This document shows, one piece after another, positions 20,314 to 30,318 of a DNA stretch of 57,096 bases (the first letter of the stretch is position 1; each line of letters begins with the position of its first letter). Source of the DNA: a candidate division WOR-3 bacterium (GTDB lineage Bacteria; Hydrothermota; Tepidihabitantia; SM23-42); NCBI GenBank assembly GCA_020353055.1, contig CP070686.1:1420738-1477833 (forward strand). Reading direction: 5' to 3'. The notes beneath the pieces are model-generated. The model was not told the DNA's origin and did not search any database. It saw only the letters and a list, made by a program, of their open reading frames with translations. A program made the translations under genes and the position numbers.

Positions 20314-21543
20314 ATGAAATCAGCAAAAAAAGTGAATAAATCCCGTGCTCCAAAGCCAAAATTGTCGGGTCGAGCGCATGCAATGCCCTTTTCACCGATC
20401 CGGAAACTTACGCCGCTGGCAGATGACGCAAAAAAGAGAGGAATACACGTTTACCATCTCAACATCGGTCAGCCTGACATCGAAACACCAGGAGAAATGT
20501 TCGACGCGATAGCTAAGTTCCGTGAGAAGGTTTTGAGTTATGGCCCGTCAGGTGGATTACTCGATTTGCGCGTCGCCGTTGTTGATTACTATCGAAGGGC
20601 AGGTATGGATATTGATCTCGACAACGTCTGGATAACGACCGGAGGGAGTGAAGCGATACTATTCGCTTTTATGTCGGTGTGCGATCCCGGCGATGAAATT
20701 ATTGTCTTTGAGCCGTTCTACACAAATTATATCGGCCTTGCGACCATGGCTCAGGTTAGGCTTGTGCCTTTGACGACGAAGGTCGAAAATGGGTTTCATC
20801 TTCCCAGCCAGCGGCAAATTGAAGAGAAAATCACCAGGAAAACTCGTGCCGTACTGATCAACACACCGAACAACCCGACTGGAACGGTTCTGACCGAGGA
20901 GGAGATGTATATTCTCTACAAGGTGTGTAGGAAACATGGACTTTTCCTGCTCTCAGACGAGGTATACCGTGAATTCGTGTATGATGGGCGTGTTCAGATA
21001 AGCGCTTTGTCATTGCCTCAAATACAGGATCAGGTCATTGTGCTTGATTCCATATCCAAACGTTTTTCTGCATGCGGCGCCCGTGTCGGGTGTATCATAA
21101 ATCGAAGTAGGAAAGTCATGGATGAGGTGATCAAATTCAGCCAGGCAAGACTCTGTCCACCGACGATCGAACAGGTAGGCGCGATTGCCGCCTACAAGAA
21201 TTTTGACCGCTACATAACACCAGTGATCAGCGAATATGAGCATCGCAGGAATTTTCTTTTTGAGGGACTGCAGAGAATAGGAGGAGTATACGGGCACAAA
21301 CCAGAGGGAGCATTTTACACGGTGCTTCGGTTGCCAGTGAAAAATGCCGATAAATTCTGTCATTGGGTACTCACCGATTTTCACTATGACAAAAAAACTG
21401 TAATGCTGGCACCGGCGAATGGTTTTTACTCTTCACCTAATAAAGGACGTAACGAAATTCGTATCGCCTATGTGCTGAAGGAAGATGATCTCCGTAACGC
21501 GCTTACGGTGCTCGAAGCTGCGTTGAGTGACTTCAAGGGATAA
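20314..21543 (+). CDS. PLP-dependent class I/II aminotransferase (aspartate aminotransferase-like)
   Basis: LNIGQPD, NNPTG, DEVY, SISKRFSACGARVG (PLP lysine). Confidence 0.9.
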   Translation: MKSAKKVNKSRAPKPKLSGRAHAMPFSPIRKLTPLADDAKKRGIHVYHLNIGQPDIETPGEMFDAIAKFREKVLSYGPSGGLLDLRVAVVDYYRRAGMDIDLDNVWITTGGSEAILFAFMSVCDPGDEIIVFEPFYTNYIGLATMAQVRLVPLTTKVENGFHLPSQRQIEEKITRKTRAVLINTPNNPTGTVLTEEEMYILYKVCRKHGLFLLSDEVYREFVYDGRVQISALSLPQIQDQVIVLDSISKRFSACGARVGCIINRSRKVMDEVIKFSQARLCPPTIEQVGAIAAYKNFDRYITPVISEYEHRRNFLFEGLQRIGGVYGHKPEGAFYTVLRLPVKNADKFCHWVLTDFHYDKKTVMLAPANGFYSSPNKGRNEIRIAYVLKEDDLRNALTVLEAALSDFKG

Positions 21544-21557
21544 GTTGTTTTCTTTTG

Positions 21558-22406
21558 ATGAATCCTGTCGCTGTACTACAGAAATTAGCAAGTTACATCA
21601 TCAGGGTGGTTCCCCTGGAAGTGGCCGACATGATTGCCACTCGTTTTGCCCTTTTATTCTGTTATCTTTCGCGAAGAAAGCGCGAACACATACAGACCAA
21701 CCTCAGACATATCTTTGCCGGCAAGAATATTGAGCGGAGTAAGATAAATAAGTATCTTAAGAATACGTTCAAAAACTATGCAAGGTCTATGATTGATTTC
21801 CTGCGTCTAAATTACATCACAAAGGATGATTTCAGTGTCGAAGTATTTGGCGTTCAGAACATTCATGATGCTTTGAAACATGGCCGGGGTTGTATCATGC
21901 TGACCATGCATATCGGCAATTGGGATCTTGCCGGGTCATATCTTGCTGCCCACGGTGTCCCGATGAGTGCCCTGGTCGAAGAAACCGAACCCGAGATGTA
22001 TGAATTGTATAAGAGACATCGGGAAAGAACGGGCATGATCACATTTCCTCTTTCGAAAGCCGCATATGGTTTTCTACATACGATAAAGAATAACCGTGTG
22101 CTTGCCGTTCTGGGTGACCGGGACATATTGAAGAGCGGCGTGGTCGTTAGTTTTTTTGATGGGAAGCGCAGCATACCGCGTGGACTTGGGCAGATAATAA
22201 TTAAGAAAAGAATTCCAGTAGTATTCGGCTGTATGGTATTCAATCCGTCACGCAAAGAGCCCCGCTATTTTGGATACGTCGATGCGCCCAGATTTTTCAC
22301 CGGTACTGAAGATGAATTCAATACGGTAATGGTTAGAAGATTCGAGGACTACATTCTTCACTTCCCTGATCAGTGGATGTTGTTTCAACCAGATTGGATT
22401 TGTTAA
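21558..22406 (+). CDS. Lysophospholipid acyltransferase family (LpxL/PatA-like)
   Basis: HIGNWD catalytic motif, LGDRD, FFDG, PDQW. Confidence 0.82.
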   Translation: MNPVAVLQKLASYIIRVVPLEVADMIATRFALLFCYLSRRKREHIQTNLRHIFAGKNIERSKINKYLKNTFKNYARSMIDFLRLNYITKDDFSVEVFGVQNIHDALKHGRGCIMLTMHIGNWDLAGSYLAAHGVPMSALVEETEPEMYELYKRHRERTGMITFPLSKAAYGFLHTIKNNRVLAVLGDRDILKSGVVVSFFDGKRSIPRGLGQIIIKKRIPVVFGCMVFNPSRKEPRYFGYVDAPRFFTGTEDEFNTVMVRRFEDYILHFPDQWMLFQPDWIC

Positions 22407-22912
22407 TGACCGATAACGTGCATAGAAGGAAGAATACGGTGTGCGCTAAAACACGCAAAAAGATCAATGAAAATATTGACTCAAGTGGTTTATGTGTAAA
22501 GATAACGGGTGATTTTGTTCCAGAATATCAAAGTGACCTTGCCGCCGGGTGTGATCTTTATGCTGCGAACGATAAAGACATTATTATTCGTCCGCGCGCT
22601 TTCGGGACTGTGCCCACGGGCATTCACATTGAAATTCCCGAGGGCTATGAGGCCCAGGTTAGGCCGCGAAGCGGCCTTGCTAAAGATAATGGGATAGGTG
22701 TTTTGAATTCGCCTGGCACTATCGACGCCGATTACCGGGGTGAGATTAAGGTTATTTTGTTTAACTACGGGGACAAGCCCTTCAAGATCAAGAAGCGGGA
22801 CCGCATTGCTCAACTGGTTTTCAGCCGGGTAGAGCAGGCAAAGTTCGTGCGCGTTAAGCGGCTGAATCGGACCAAGAGGCAGAATGGCGGTCTCGGGCAC
22901 ACTGGCATATGA
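22406..22912 (+). CDS. dut: dUTP diphosphatase
   Basis: AGCDL, RPRSGLA, GTIDADYRGE, RIAQLV, GGLGHTG; ATG overlaps the upstream TAA. Confidence 0.93.
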   Translation: MTDNVHRRKNTVCAKTRKKINENIDSSGLCVKITGDFVPEYQSDLAAGCDLYAANDKDIIIRPRAFGTVPTGIHIEIPEGYEAQVRPRSGLAKDNGIGVLNSPGTIDADYRGEIKVILFNYGDKPFKIKKRDRIAQLVFSRVEQAKFVRVKRLNRTKRQNGGLGHTGI

Positions 22913-24027
22913 AGGTCTTATTTGTTTCAGATATCTTCTACCCGCACACTGGCGGTATTCCTGAACATATTCTCTATCTGTGTAACACGTTGCGGAAGAT
23001 GGGACACGATGCAAAAATACTTGCTCCATCATACGGTAACAACCGCCCGTGGGACAGTGATTATATTGTCAGATTGGGGCGCGCAATAAAGATCCCGAAG
23101 AACCGATCCTTCGCGGTTCTAACATTCGGCATACTCATACCGTGGAAACTGCGTCGTTTCCTGGAACGGGAGAATTTCGATGTCTTGCATCTTCATGGTT
23201 CCTTCGCACCGACACTTCCATATCTTGCCCTGAAATATTCAAAGGCGAAAAACTTTATCACGTTTCATTCGGCACACGAGGAGAGTTACGGTTACGTTCT
23301 ATGGGAGCCGGTACTCGAGCAATATTTCAGGAAACTTGATGGACTGATCGCGGTTTCAACCGTTGCCCGTGATTCGGTATCAAAATATTTTCCTGGTGAA
23401 TATCGCATCATACCTAACGGGATTGATACTGTTCGCTTCAACCCGAACGTGAAACCGATCGAATCATTGGCCGAGCATTCGCCAAAGATACTATTCGTGG
23501 GTCGATTCGAGCCGAGGAAAGGTTTGAAATATCTACTTCAGGCTTTTCCGATGATACTCCGCAGGGTTCCTACGGCGAAACTTGTTGTCGTCGGCCAGGG
23601 TTTTTTGGAGCGTTACTATCGCCGTTATGTTGAGGAGTATATTAAAGGTAGTGTTTTATTTGTTGGACACGTGACGCCTGAAGATCTGCCGCGTTATTAC
23701 GCCTCGTGCGATGTATACTGTTCACCGGCAACCGGAGCGGAAAGTTTTGGCATTGTACTCTTGGAGGCAATGGCAACTGAAACCCCGATTGTATGCTCAG
23801 ATATCCCGGGTTATCGTACCTTGATGGAGGACGGGAAGGAGGGCCAGTTTTTCAGAGCCCGGGATCCTGGTTCACTGGCTGCAAAAGTGATCGGTTTGCT
23901 CAAGGATCCCGGTGCACGCACGGAGATGGGCAAGCATGGCCGTAGCAAAGCCATGAGATACGATTGGAAAAAGGTTACCAAGCAAATTCTTGATTACTAC
24001 AGCGAGGTATTGAATGAAAAGGGCTAG
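22909..24027 (+). CDS. GT4 glycosyltransferase, PimA-like
   Basis: HTGGIPEH, IPNGID, GRFEPRKG, YCSPATGAESFGIVLLEAMA. Confidence 0.85.
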   Translation: MKVLFVSDIFYPHTGGIPEHILYLCNTLRKMGHDAKILAPSYGNNRPWDSDYIVRLGRAIKIPKNRSFAVLTFGILIPWKLRRFLERENFDVLHLHGSFAPTLPYLALKYSKAKNFITFHSAHEESYGYVLWEPVLEQYFRKLDGLIAVSTVARDSVSKYFPGEYRIIPNGIDTVRFNPNVKPIESLAEHSPKILFVGRFEPRKGLKYLLQAFPMILRRVPTAKLVVVGQGFLERYYRRYVEEYIKGSVLFVGHVTPEDLPRYYASCDVYCSPATGAESFGIVLLEAMATETPIVCSDIPGYRTLMEDGKEGQFFRARDPGSLAAKVIGLLKDPGARTEMGKHGRSKAMRYDWKKVTKQILDYYSEVLNEKG

Positions 24028-25324
24028 TTTCTGGAACATACTCAGAATAAGAGATTTCTCGATATTCACTTTTGCCCAGACAGTGAGTCAGTTTGGTGAC
24101 AAACTTGATTACATTGCCTTGGTTGCGATCATTGGTCTATTCCCAAAAGAACAGGCGCCATTGCTACTCTCTCAGATGTTGATATTCATCACTCTCCCGG
24201 TGTTGATCTTCGGCCCGATCGCGGGGATTCTTGTCGACCGTTGGCACAAAAAGACGGTCATGGTAGTATGTGATGCCCTGCGTACTATCTGCGCTGTCTT
24301 GATACCAGTGCTTTTTCTCACAACGCGGAATATTTATCCGGTATTCGCCGTTGTTTTTTTCATGTTTCTCCTTGCCCTCTTCTTTAATGCTGCACGGAGT
24401 GCTATCATACCCAACCTTGTATCTAAGAAGCGGATACTAACCGCGAATTCCGTGGTGAATTTTGTTTCACGCGGGGCTACCTTCATGGGAATGTTGGTTG
24501 GAGGAATCATCGTCGATTTGCATATTTGGCATAAGTTGTTCGGCATAGCTGGCTGGACAGCGGCTTTTATTCTTGACGCGCTTACTTTTGCTGTTTCGGC
24601 CGTTCTTTTATATATAATGAAAGTCAGACTGCCAGAGATCCCGAAGACAGTTGAACATTTGAAACCGAGGGGCTTTTTCATGCTGTTGAAAGGTGGTCTG
24701 TCCGGGATGTGGCGTGAGCTGGTGCATGCGGTGAAGATGATAGTCCATCAAAAGAATTTAGCGTTTGCCATGGCGACGATATTGTTGATCGTTATCGCAG
24801 GCAGCGTGATCTATATTTTGGTGATACCAACTGTTCAGCAAGAGATGGCTTGGGGCACCAGTGGTGTAGGTTTCCTGGCAGCAATCGGTGCCGTGGGTTT
24901 GCTTCTAGGAGCCTATCTTATGGGTGTTTTCGGCCATCATTTTGATCTGAAAGTATTGATACTCGTATGTTTCATCATAATTGGCGCAGCGTTGGTTCTT
25001 TTCCCGATCTTGAACAGTTTTCTCGTTTTTGCCGCGGTTTGTTTCGTTTGCGGTACGGCCATTTCGCCGGTCTTCATTGGTCAGGATACTCTGATACATC
25101 GTTATGCCGATGAACTTGTACGCGGTAGGATTTTTTCAATAAGGGACTGGATACTCAATGGGTTGTTCGCGCTTGGCGCAGTGCTGGTGGGTTTCTTGTC
25201 GGCAATCATTTATAAGGACTACCTATTCGTGATATTTGGCATCTGTGTTGCCGCTATGGCGACTCTGGGCTGGTTAATACTAGCACATGGTAAAAGCAAT
25301 TCAATTTCACAGAGTCACACCTAA
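24014..25324 (+). CDS. MFS transporter (DHA3/MefA-like)
   Basis: About 12 hydrophobic segments; motif A GILVDRWHKK; RGRIFS. Confidence 0.85.
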   Translation: MKRASFWNILRIRDFSIFTFAQTVSQFGDKLDYIALVAIIGLFPKEQAPLLLSQMLIFITLPVLIFGPIAGILVDRWHKKTVMVVCDALRTICAVLIPVLFLTTRNIYPVFAVVFFMFLLALFFNAARSAIIPNLVSKKRILTANSVVNFVSRGATFMGMLVGGIIVDLHIWHKLFGIAGWTAAFILDALTFAVSAVLLYIMKVRLPEIPKTVEHLKPRGFFMLLKGGLSGMWRELVHAVKMIVHQKNLAFAMATILLIVIAGSVIYILVIPTVQQEMAWGTSGVGFLAAIGAVGLLLGAYLMGVFGHHFDLKVLILVCFIIIGAALVLFPILNSFLVFAAVCFVCGTAISPVFIGQDTLIHRYADELVRGRIFSIRDWILNGLFALGAVLVGFLSAIIYKDYLFVIFGICVAAMATLGWLILAHGKSNSISQSHT

Positions 25325-26003
25325 GGTTCAGCTCTGTGGTACCTGGAATTATCCTGGACAATTCGAGAATTTCATACGTTTTATTCACCGTGATTTCAGC
25401 GTGGTTATGCCCGGAGATGATCGAGATGGATTGGTGATCACTTTTGATGATGGCGATAGAAGCGTTTATGAATATGCTTTTCCAGTTCTCAAAAGGCACG
25501 GCGTAAGGGCGGTTGTTTTTTTGATCGTCGATTACATCGGGAAGGATGATCTGTGGGACATAACCCTCTCGGGCAAGAGAAGTGCTCATCTCACATGGGA
25601 TGAGATATGCGAAATGAAGGAGTGGGGCATCGAATTCGGGTCACATACACTGACTCATCGGAATCTTACACTGTTGACGGCCGCCGATGTTGCTTATGAG
25701 CTGTCCGAGTCCAAGAGCGTATTGGAGAAGAGAATAGGACCGGTTCGTTGTATATCTTATCCCTTCAATCGTGTGAATCGGCAGATCGTAAGGTTTGCCA
25801 AAAAAGCCGGATACCAATACGGATTCGGGGGTGCAGGAAACAATGATTTGCTCATTAAAAAAGAAGCAGTATATATAACTGACAATATCGTGAGTTTGAA
25901 TACGAAAATACGTGAGCGGCCGTGGGTTCTTTATCGCTATGACCGTTTGAAACAGCAGATTATAAATTACTTTACGATGATCACGATGTTGATCAAAAGA
26001 TAG
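25287..26003 (+). CDS. Polysaccharide deacetylase (CE4/NodB)
   Basis: ITFDDG, GSHTLTH, SYPF. Confidence 0.85.
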   Translation: MVKAIQFHRVTPKVQLCGTWNYPGQFENFIRFIHRDFSVVMPGDDRDGLVITFDDGDRSVYEYAFPVLKRHGVRAVVFLIVDYIGKDDLWDITLSGKRSAHLTWDEICEMKEWGIEFGSHTLTHRNLTLLTAADVAYELSESKSVLEKRIGPVRCISYPFNRVNRQIVRFAKKAGYQYGFGGAGNNDLLIKKEAVYITDNIVSLNTKIRERPWVLYRYDRLKQQIINYFTMITMLIKR

Positions 26004-26118
26004 GATCGGGGTTGGGGTCAAGATACTGGGTAAAGATCGACCGAGGGGCAATTACAATGTGGCGTTTGTTCTTTATCTAGTTTTAATTAATAGAGTGCAA
26101 ACATAGAAGGGAGGAGTG

Positions 26119-26853
26119 ATGGTAAAACGAAGCATCGCTTTTGTATTACTGCTGGTTGCGGTGACCTGGGCGCAGAACGCAGATTCGTTGATCGACCATG
26201 CGATTGAATTGTACGAGACGAGACACCTGGATGATGCAAACCTTTCTGAAAGTGCATCAATTCTAGAATCGATTGTTGAAGATAATCCGAAAAATGTCCG
26301 GGCTCTGTATGAACTCTCGAAAGTGTGCTTCTTGCTTGGTGATGAAGCCGAAGAAAAGGATGCAAAGTTGAAGCTTTTCTACAGAGGCAGGGATTTTGGT
26401 GAGAGTGCTATAGATCTCGATGAAGAATCACCGGATGCACATTTCTGGTATATGGTGAACGTTGGCAGGGTGGGACAGACAAAGGGAGTATTGAATTCGC
26501 TCGTTCTCGTACCTACCGTCAGAAAGGAGATCGAAACCGTACTCGAGATCGATCCAGAACACACCGGTGCCCTGGATGCACAGGCAATGCTATATTATGA
26601 ACTACCCGGACTGCTGGGCGGCAATCTTAACAAGTCTGTCGAATCTCTGAATAAAGCCATTGGGCTGGATTCGAACTATACTCTGCTTTACGTTGACATG
26701 GCGAAGGTTTACATAAAGAAGAAGGATTATGAACAAGCTCGCTGGTTTTTGGGCAGAGCACTCGAAATAGAAACTCCAACCTACGAGGCAGATCATGTCC
26801 TTGATGACAAGCCTGAGGCAGTTGAATTGCTGGAGGAAATTAAAGACAAATAG
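26119..26853 (+). CDS. Exported tetratricopeptide repeat protein
   Basis: Signal peptide ending TWA; TPR-like helices (DAHFWY, LPGLLGG); GGAGGAG SD. Confidence 0.72.
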   Translation: MVKRSIAFVLLLVAVTWAQNADSLIDHAIELYETRHLDDANLSESASILESIVEDNPKNVRALYELSKVCFLLGDEAEEKDAKLKLFYRGRDFGESAIDLDEESPDAHFWYMVNVGRVGQTKGVLNSLVLVPTVRKEIETVLEIDPEHTGALDAQAMLYYELPGLLGGNLNKSVESLNKAIGLDSNYTLLYVDMAKVYIKKKDYEQARWFLGRALEIETPTYEADHVLDDKPEAVELLEEIKDK

Positions 26854-26925
26854 CTTTTATACCAGATAATCGCTGTTTGATAAGAGCAGGCAAGCGTTCC
26901 TAGCCATAAAGGAAATAAAAAATTA

Positions 26926-27843
26926 ATGGAAAAGATCATTGATGTCCTGGTCAGGCTGTTCCGGCTTGACAGAGGTAATAGATTCAAGAAATACGGATTC
27001 TTCGAAGGTTTCTTGAGCATTATCTTAAATATCATTCTCTGCATACTCAAATTTGGTTTCGGCACATTCTTGAATAGCATTTCACTGATTGCCGATGCTC
27101 TTCATTCTCTTTCCGATGTAATTACATCGATGATCGTGATTGTCGGCTTCAATATTTCGGCAAAACCAGCGGATAAGGAACACCCGTTTGGGCACGGAAG
27201 AGCGGAACGTGTAGTATCGATTGTTGTTGCGTGTCTGCTTATTGTCGTCGGGTTTGAATTTTTCAAAAGCGGGTTTGATAGATTCAGGAATCCCATTCCA
27301 ATCCGGGCAGATTTTCTTGTTATCGCGATGCTCGTTGGGTCGATCCTGATCAAAGAATTCCTATATCAGATATCCTTGGGCTTGGGCCGTAGGATTGATT
27401 CACCCGCTCTGAAGGCAGATGCCCTGCATCATCGGACCGATGCGATATCCACAGTGCTAGTTCTAATTGGTTTTGTTTGTTTCCGGTTCGGCCTGTTCAG
27501 TCTCGATGGGATCATGGGTATGGCCGTTGCCCTGATAATCGTATATGCCGGTATCTCAATTATCAAGGAAGCGGGTAGTTTCTTGATCGGCCAGGCGCCG
27601 TCTTCATCTCTGGTCGATAAGATCAAGGATACAGCATCGAAATGCTCGGGCGTCAATGATGTTCATCATATTCATGTCCATGATTATGGTGGTCAACTCG
27701 AAGTCACGATACATGTGCGGCTGAAGAGCAATATACACCTGGATGACGCACATCAAAAGGCGTCCGAGGTGGAGGATGCAATCAGGCGTTGTGTGCCGGG
27801 TGCCGAAGTTACCGTGCACGTTGAACCATATGATGAAGCTTAG
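26926..27843 (+). CDS. Cation diffusion facilitator (FieF-like) metal transporter
   Basis: ADALHSLSD, HPFGHGRAE, HHRTD, C-terminal VHVEP. Confidence 0.9.
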   Translation: MEKIIDVLVRLFRLDRGNRFKKYGFFEGFLSIILNIILCILKFGFGTFLNSISLIADALHSLSDVITSMIVIVGFNISAKPADKEHPFGHGRAERVVSIVVACLLIVVGFEFFKSGFDRFRNPIPIRADFLVIAMLVGSILIKEFLYQISLGLGRRIDSPALKADALHHRTDAISTVLVLIGFVCFRFGLFSLDGIMGMAVALIIVYAGISIIKEAGSFLIGQAPSSSLVDKIKDTASKCSGVNDVHHIHVHDYGGQLEVTIHVRLKSNIHLDDAHQKASEVEDAIRRCVPGAEVTVHVEPYDEA

Positions 27844-28297
27844 AAAAAGCATTAGAATAACCGACGGTATCATAATAAGAAAATTCAGCATCGAGGACTA
27901 CGGATCGCTGATAGGACTTTGGGGTCTGGCTGGACTGCCGCACAAACCGGCAGGGCGCGATGAGAGGAAGAACATAGAGCGTGAAATACATCAGCCAAAT
28001 GCGGTGTTTCTCGTTGCCGAAAGAAAGGGGTGCTTGATCGGGTCAGCCTTCGGCACACATGACGGCAGAAAAGGTTGGATAAACCGCGTTGCTGTTCTTC
28101 CTTCATACCGCAGGCAGGGTATTGCAGCTGCATTGGTCAATGAAGTTGAAGAACGAATAAAAAGCATGGGCATCAGCATAATTGCATGTCTTGTTGAGGA
28201 TTGGAATAAAGATTCTCTGAAGTTTTTCGAAAAAATGGGGTATATCCGCCATAAGGAGATATTCTATCTTACAAAACGGGAGGGTCCTCATACATGA
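27830..28297 (+). CDS. GNAT family N-acetyltransferase
   Basis: HDGRKGWINRVAVLPSYRRQGIA, FFEKMGY. Confidence 0.85.
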   Translation: MMKLRKSIRITDGIIIRKFSIEDYGSLIGLWGLAGLPHKPAGRDERKNIEREIHQPNAVFLVAERKGCLIGSAFGTHDGRKGWINRVAVLPSYRRQGIAAALVNEVEERIKSMGISIIACLVEDWNKDSLKFFEKMGYIRHKEIFYLTKREGPHT

Positions 28298-28980
28298 GAA
28301 AGATTGGCATTATCGGCGGGTTGGGTCCTGAAGCGACAGTTGACTACTATCGTACGATAATTGATGAATATCGCGCTCAAACTGGGGGCGATATTCCAAA
28401 AATCATTGTCTACAGTCTGAGCCTGAAGGAATTTCCCAGCATTGGGCAGAGGGACGCAGTCGCCAATTGGTTGTTAGGTGGCTTACAGGCATTACATCGC
28501 GCAGGTGCCGATTTCGCAATCATCTCTGCGAACACGCCTCATATTGTTTTTGATGAGGTGAAGGCACGGTCACCGCTGCCATTATTGAGCATCGTCGAAG
28601 AGACAGGAAAAGCAGTCAAGGCATTGAATCTCAGCCGGGTTGGACTCCTGGGTACAAAAATAACCATGAGCAATGATTTTTACCAGCGGGTCTTCGAACA
28701 GCATAATATCTCACTGGTAGTGCCGACAAGCTCAGAACAAGATTACATTGATCATAAGATATCTTCAGAAATCATGTACAATCAGATATATGACGAAACC
28801 AGAGACGGATTGCTCAAAATCATCCGGCGTATGATCGATGACGATGGCATAAAGGGTCTGATACTTGGATGTACCGAGTTGCCGCTTATTCTTACCCACG
28901 ACGATTTTGGTATTCCTTTCCTTAATACAACGAAGATCCATGCTCTTAGTGCCATCCGTTATTGCTTGACCGGCAAGTAG
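28294..28980 (+). CDS. Aspartate/glutamate racemase family protein
   Basis: IGIIGGLGPEAT, NTPH, GLLGT, ILGCTELP. Confidence 0.87.
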   Translation: MRKIGIIGGLGPEATVDYYRTIIDEYRAQTGGDIPKIIVYSLSLKEFPSIGQRDAVANWLLGGLQALHRAGADFAIISANTPHIVFDEVKARSPLPLLSIVEETGKAVKALNLSRVGLLGTKITMSNDFYQRVFEQHNISLVVPTSSEQDYIDHKISSEIMYNQIYDETRDGLLKIIRRMIDDDGIKGLILGCTELPLILTHDDFGIPFLNTTKIHALSAIRYCLTGK

Positions 28981-29161
28981 GAATTGTATTGATAGGTTGG
29001 TTATTCCTATTGGCGCATCGCTTCGATTGAGTGCAAGCGCGAAATTGTCAGCAACGCTGCTTTATTGATGTGCGGATAGATTCACCTCAGGGTGCTTCTT
29101 ATTATAAGACCGCCTTGTTTATGCAGAGAAATTTCATGACAAATCTATGTGGTGGCCTTTC

Positions 29162-29189
29162 TTGACTTTCATATCTATTGGCGTATAAT
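29162..29189 (+). promoter_or_regulatory. sigma70-type promoter
   Basis: TTGACT-N16-TATAAT. Confidence 0.6.
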
Positions 29190-29202
29190 GGCTTGACTGC
29201 AT

Positions 29203-30318
29203 ATGGAAAAACCCAAGATATTGGTCATCGATGATGAAAAGGCGATATGTGATGCATGCGCACAGATCCTTGATGGGGAAAACTATGATGTGGAGACGAC
29301 TCAGAACGGTGAATCCGGGTTGCAGAAAATAGGCAGTTTCAGGCCCTATGTGGTGTTTGTTGATTTGAAAATGCCCGGTCTGAGCGGTATGGAAGTGCTC
29401 ACGAGGATCAGAGAGGAAGATCCTAAAATTGTCCCGGTGGTCATAACCGGGTTCGCCACCGTAGAATCGGCAGTCCAGTCTATGAAAGTGGGCGCTTATG
29501 ACTTCTTGACCAAACCCTTTACGCCGGATCAATTGAGGGTCGTAACGAAGAGAGCGTTGGATTGGCGAAAAGCATCGCTTGATGCCGAGCGCTTGAGAAA
29601 TGAAAAAGAAAAATTAAGACAGAATTTCATCTCTATGGTTTCGCATGAACTTAGAACACCACTGGTATCGGTAATGCAGTACTTAGAGGTGATAAGTGGC
29701 GGCTTTGTCGGCGGTATTTCGCAGGAGGGTACTAGAATCGTCGAGCGTATGAAAACAAGATTGGATGAACTGTTAAGATTAATCGACCGCTGGTTAAAAC
29801 TTGCCAGGCTTGAGGAAGTAAGTTTCAAAGATGAATATGAAGATATCGAAGTGTCGAGTATTGTCAGAGAAGCCGTTGATACACTGGAGGACATGGCTGC
29901 AGGTAAGGGTGTGCACGTTGTGTTTGAACCAGACTTAGAGGAGTGCATGACCCGTGCTGATCGGGAGTTGATAAGGGAAGTTTTCATAAACCTTATTAGT
30001 AACGCGGTTAAGTACAATCGCGAGCATGGTGATGTGAAGATCGCTTTACGTGAGTGTGAGGATTACTGGATTGCTGATGTCAGCGACACCGGCGTAGGTA
30101 TTTCTGAAGAGAACATTAAACGTGTTGGTGAGGAATTCTATCGAGTGAAGAGCGAAGGTACGGTTGCGGGTACCGGCATCGGGCTGGCAATCGTCAAAAA
30201 AATCCTCGATATGCACGACGGCAGACTCGAGGTTGTAAGTAGATTGAATGAAGGAAGTACATTCAGTGTTTATTTGCCGAAGTTGAATTATAGCAAAAGG
30301 AGTAAGAAAAATGGATAG
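29203..30318 (+). CDS. Hybrid response regulator / histidine kinase
   Basis: Receiver (DLKMP), H-box SHELRTPL, N-box NAVKYN, G boxes DTGVG and GTGIGL. Confidence 0.9.
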   Translation: MEKPKILVIDDEKAICDACAQILDGENYDVETTQNGESGLQKIGSFRPYVVFVDLKMPGLSGMEVLTRIREEDPKIVPVVITGFATVESAVQSMKVGAYDFLTKPFTPDQLRVVTKRALDWRKASLDAERLRNEKEKLRQNFISMVSHELRTPLVSVMQYLEVISGGFVGGISQEGTRIVERMKTRLDELLRLIDRWLKLARLEEVSFKDEYEDIEVSSIVREAVDTLEDMAAGKGVHVVFEPDLEECMTRADRELIREVFINLISNAVKYNREHGDVKIALRECEDYWIADVSDTGVGISEENIKRVGEEFYRVKSEGTVAGTGIGLAIVKKILDMHDGRLEVVSRLNEGSTFSVYLPKLNYSKRSKKNG

